From assembly GCA_963728915.1 (NCBI GenBank), contig CAVSLV010000004.1, forward strand, positions 534,626 through 598,625: DNA of 64,000 nucleotides. The letters run 5' to 3'. The translations under genes and the position numbers were made by a program. The notes beneath the pieces are model-generated. The model was not told the DNA's origin. It did no database searches and worked only from the letters and a program-made list of their open reading frames with translations. Shown here one piece after another: positions 61,721 to 64,000 of this stretch; within the stretch, counting starts at the first letter, position 1, and every line of letters starts with the position of its first letter. The DNA is from an uncultured Gemmatimonadales bacterium (GTDB lineage: Bacteria > Gemmatimonadota > Gemmatimonadetes > Gemmatimonadales > GWC2-71-9).

Positions 61721-61738
61721 GGTGGACAGACGGACAGA
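61721..61738. repeat. Two octamer units GGTGGACA GACGGACA immediately downstream of tRNA-Lys
   Basis: Same GNCGGACA family and orientation as the rimM-trmD array. Confidence 0.7.
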
Positions 61739-61779
61739 GAGTCGGAGGGGTCGACCTCACCGCCCGCACCGACCCCCTG

Positions 61780-62262
61780 TCACGGCCGCAAATAGAACCG
61801 CAGCAGGCCCGCTCCCCCGTCGATCCGTTCCATCTCGATCCCCATGATACCGCTCTTCGCGAAGTCGATCGCGAGTCCTCGGCGCTTTCCCACGAGGAGC
61901 ATCGCGGCCAGCTCGCCCATCCACGGCTCGTGGCCCACCAGCGCTATCACCTCTTCGGCGGAGGCGTCGCCGATCTGGTGGGCAAGATCGTCGAGATCGG
62001 GCGGTGCCGCGAGGGCGGGACACGCGACCCGCGCCCTTCGGGGGAGATCGAGCTCGTCGATGACGATGCGAGCGGTCTGCCAGGCGCGCTTCCAGAGGCT
62101 GCTGAGCACGCGGCCCGGAATCACCCCGTGCTTCCGGAGCTCCCGGGTCATTCTGCGCTGGATCTTTCGTCCTTTCGGCACCAGGGGCCGCAGGGCGTCG
62201 TCGGGATAACGGGCCGCGTCGTGCTCGGCCGCCTGCGCGTGGCGAATGAGTAGCAGGAGCAT
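61780..62262 (-). CDS. sixA: Phosphohistidine phosphatase SixA-like (histidine phosphatase superfamily)
   Basis: 160-aa ORF with LLLIRHAQA (RHG-type motif) and ALVGHEPWMG (second catalytic His). Confidence 0.78.
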   Translation of the reverse strand: MLLLLIRHAQAAEHDAARYPDDALRPLVPKGRKIQRRMTRELRKHGVIPGRVLSSLWKRAWQTARIVIDELDLPRRARVACPALAAPPDLDDLAHQIGDASAEEVIALVGHEPWMGELAAMLLVGKRRGLAIDFAKSGIMGIEMERIDGGAGLLRFYLRP

Positions 62263-62327
62263 GTTCGCTAAGTTACCTTTCCCCCGATTTCACCGCTGGC
62301 GCACTCACTTTCCTTCCTGGGAGTGCT

Positions 62328-63182
62328 ATGACGACGATCTGGATGGATGGCGAGTGGCATACCAAGGAGACCGCTCGCGTTTCGGTCTTCGACCACGGCC
62401 TCCTCTACGGCGATGGCGTTTTCGAAGGGATCCGGGCCTACTCCGGCAAGGTGTTCAAGCTCGAGGAGCACCTTGACCGTCTCTACGATTCAGCCCGCGC
62501 GGTTCTGCTCACGATTCCCATTGAGAAAGCCGAATTGGGTCGGGTCATCGAGCAGGCCCTGGCCCGCTCGGGGCTGCAGGACGCGTATCTCCGTCCTATC
62601 GTGACCCGCGGTATCGGGGATCTCGGAGTCGATCCCCGGAAATGTCCCAAGGCCTCGGTCATCGTCATCGTCGACAACATCAAGATCTGGACGCCGGAAC
62701 GCCTCGAAAAAGGCCTGTCGGTGATCACCGCCGGCACGCCGATTCCCCATCGCGAGTCGTTGTCTCCGCGGGTCAAGTCGCTCAACTACCTCTCGCATTG
62801 CATGGCCAAGCTCGAAGCCAACGTGGCGGGCGCCGACGAGGCCTTGATGCTGGACGCGAGCGGTTACGTCGCCGAGGGGACCGGGCAGAACGTGTTCGTG
62901 ATCAAGGGCGGTACCCTGCGGACTCCGCCCCTGCACGCCGGCATCCTGGGGGGCATCACTCGGGGGGTGGTGATGGAGCTGGGCTGCGAAGCCGGCCTCC
63001 GGGTGCGCGAGGATATCCTCAACCGGTTCGACATCTACACCGCCGACGAAGCCTTCCTGACCGGCACGGCCAGCGAGATCGCTCCGATGAGCTCCTACGA
63101 CGGGCGACCGATCGGGATCGGGCGCACCGGGCCGATCACCAAGGATCTGATCGCGCGGTTTCAGGCCTACGTGCGGCGGTAG
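62328..63182 (+). CDS. ilvE: Branched-chain amino acid aminotransferase (class IV PLP fold)
   Basis: 284-aa ORF. Blocks: FDHGLLYGDGVFEGIRAY, PRVKSLNYL (PLP lysine region), EGTGQNVF and LTGTASEIAP. Confidence 0.86.
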   Translation: MTTIWMDGEWHTKETARVSVFDHGLLYGDGVFEGIRAYSGKVFKLEEHLDRLYDSARAVLLTIPIEKAELGRVIEQALARSGLQDAYLRPIVTRGIGDLGVDPRKCPKASVIVIVDNIKIWTPERLEKGLSVITAGTPIPHRESLSPRVKSLNYLSHCMAKLEANVAGADEALMLDASGYVAEGTGQNVFVIKGGTLRTPPLHAGILGGITRGVVMELGCEAGLRVREDILNRFDIYTADEAFLTGTASEIAPMSSYDGRPIGIGRTGPITKDLIARFQAYVRR

Positions 63183-63194
63183 ATTCCACCGCCG

Positions 63195-64000
63195 CTACCT
63201 CCGCTTCACGACTTCGGACCAGACCAGCCGGGCCAGATCGGCGTGGAGTCCCACGCCGCGGCTCCGATCCGGAATACCCCGTGTTAGGACCACCAGGGCG
63301 AAGGGCTTCCCGCCCGCAGGATAGACCAGCGCCGCGTCGTGCCAGGTGGCGGTGATCTCTCCGGTCTTGTGGGCCACCCGGGTGCCGGCGGGCAGTCCTG
63401 CGGGAATGCCGTCATTGAACTCCTGGGCTTCGAGAATCGCGAGGAGCTCCCGGCAGGTGGCCGGCCGGGCCGCGCGTCCCTCGGCGATCGCGAAGAGCAG
63501 GGTGGCGAGGTCCCGGGCCGTGGTGGTGTTGTTGAGCCCCTTGTCGTAGGCCTTCCCGTCTTCCACGCCCCGCAGCACCACCATCGAGTCGGCGCCGAGC
63601 CGGCGGATCGTCGCGGTGATCCGCGGGGCGCCGAGCCGCTCGACCAGCAGATTGGTCGCGAGATTGCTCGAGCGGACGATCATTCTCGTGGCGAGCTGGC
63701 GAATGGTCCATCGGGTCCCGATTGCCGCATAGACCGTGGAGTCGCTGTCGGACGCAGGATCCAGGGTGTAGGGCGAGCCGTCGACGATCGAGGCGAACTG
63801 GTTCTTGACCGGCAGCGAATCGTCCCAGCGGAGCGCGCCGGCGTCGATCCGGCGCCCCAGCTCGATCAGCACCGCGACCTTCATGGTGCTCGCGGCGTGA
63901 AACCGGAGATCGGGGTTCTGCTCGAGCCGGAGACCGGTGACCGGGTCACGGAGAAACACCGCGACCGTCGCGCCGGACTCCTGTGCGATGCGCGCCGAGA
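63195..64000 (-). CDS. Class A beta-lactamase-like serine hydrolase (N-terminus beyond the window edge)
   Basis: ASTMKV (SxxK), SSN at the SDN position and HKTGE (KTG) are present. The frame remains open to the end of the window, so the gene is partial. Confidence 0.75.
   Translation of the reverse strand, partial: SARIAQESGATVAVFLRDPVTGLRLEQNPDLRFHAASTMKVAVLIELGRRIDAGALRWDDSLPVKNQFASIVDGSPYTLDPASDSDSTVYAAIGTRWTIRQLATRMIVRSSNLATNLLVERLGAPRITATIRRLGADSMVVLRGVEDGKAYDKGLNNTTTARDLATLLFAIAEGRAARPATCRELLAILEAQEFNDGIPAGLPAGTRVAHKTGEITATWHDAALVYPAGGKPFALVVLTRGIPDRSRGVGLHADLARLVWSEVVKRR

Noticed and set aside
61744-61778. Bidirectional terminator hairpin between tRNA-Lys and sixA (GGAGGGGTCG ... CGACCCCCT)
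   Set aside because: The stem is bulged, the loop is about 16 nt and neither side has a U-tract. This is too weak to call.
61643-61800. Genomic island or prophage integration at tRNA-Lys
   Set aside because: There is no integrase, no duplicated tRNA 3-prime segment and no compositional break. The flanking genes (sixA, ilvE) are ordinary housekeeping genes.

Overview
High-GC (roughly two-thirds G+C by eye) bacterial chromosomal segment. It is densely packed, with about 58 protein-coding genes, one tRNA-Lys(UUU) and one heavily frame-broken sensor-kinase pseudogene. I saw no rRNA, CRISPR array, transposase or integrase. The gene content (Hanks kinases fused to TolB-like propellers, many lipoproteins, Tat amidase, CarboxypepD_reg TonB receptor) suggests a Gemmatimonadota- or Acidobacteriota-like organism, but that is an unverified guess. 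All product names come from motif recall, not from a database search. From left to right the window holds: (1) two paralogous Ser/Thr kinase-propeller genes flanking a TolB-like gene; (2) DUF1460 and M14 peptidase genes; (3) a small plus-strand RHH plus minimal-nucleotidyltransferase pair with a perfect palindrome over its start codon; (4) a secreted internally duplicated protein; (5) rhomboid, deoC and a fused double aldehyde dehydrogenase; (6) an exported-enzyme operon (lipoprotein, M28, methyltransferase, Tat amidase, small lipoprotein); (7) a complete Pho supercluster (arsR-like, phoB, phoR, porin, pstSCA, two pstB, phoU, ppx); (8) a nucleoside salvage operon (small ORF, add, nupC-like, punA); (9) thiD, a TrmH-family methyltransferase, prepilin peptidase, HExxH lipoprotein and YceI; (10) a TonB-dependent receptor plus FN3 lipoprotein; (11) a TetR, HlyD, ABC, ABC-2 and DUF445 exporter operon; (12) a REC-histidine kinase preceded by the decayed hybrid kinase; (13) an IYD-like nitroreductase; (14) the conserved ffh-rpsP-rimM-trmD-rplS-rnhB-tRNA-Lys block; (15) sixA, ilvE and a partial class A beta-lactamase-like gene. 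The most unusual signal is a family of GC-rich 8- and 9-nt tandem arrays. They sit directly on stop codons, fill a whole intergenic spacer, and are also translated in frame inside three ORFs, including the linker that fuses the two ALDH modules. Most long ORFs in the six-frame track that lie antisense to these genes are high-GC shadow ORFs and were rejected.
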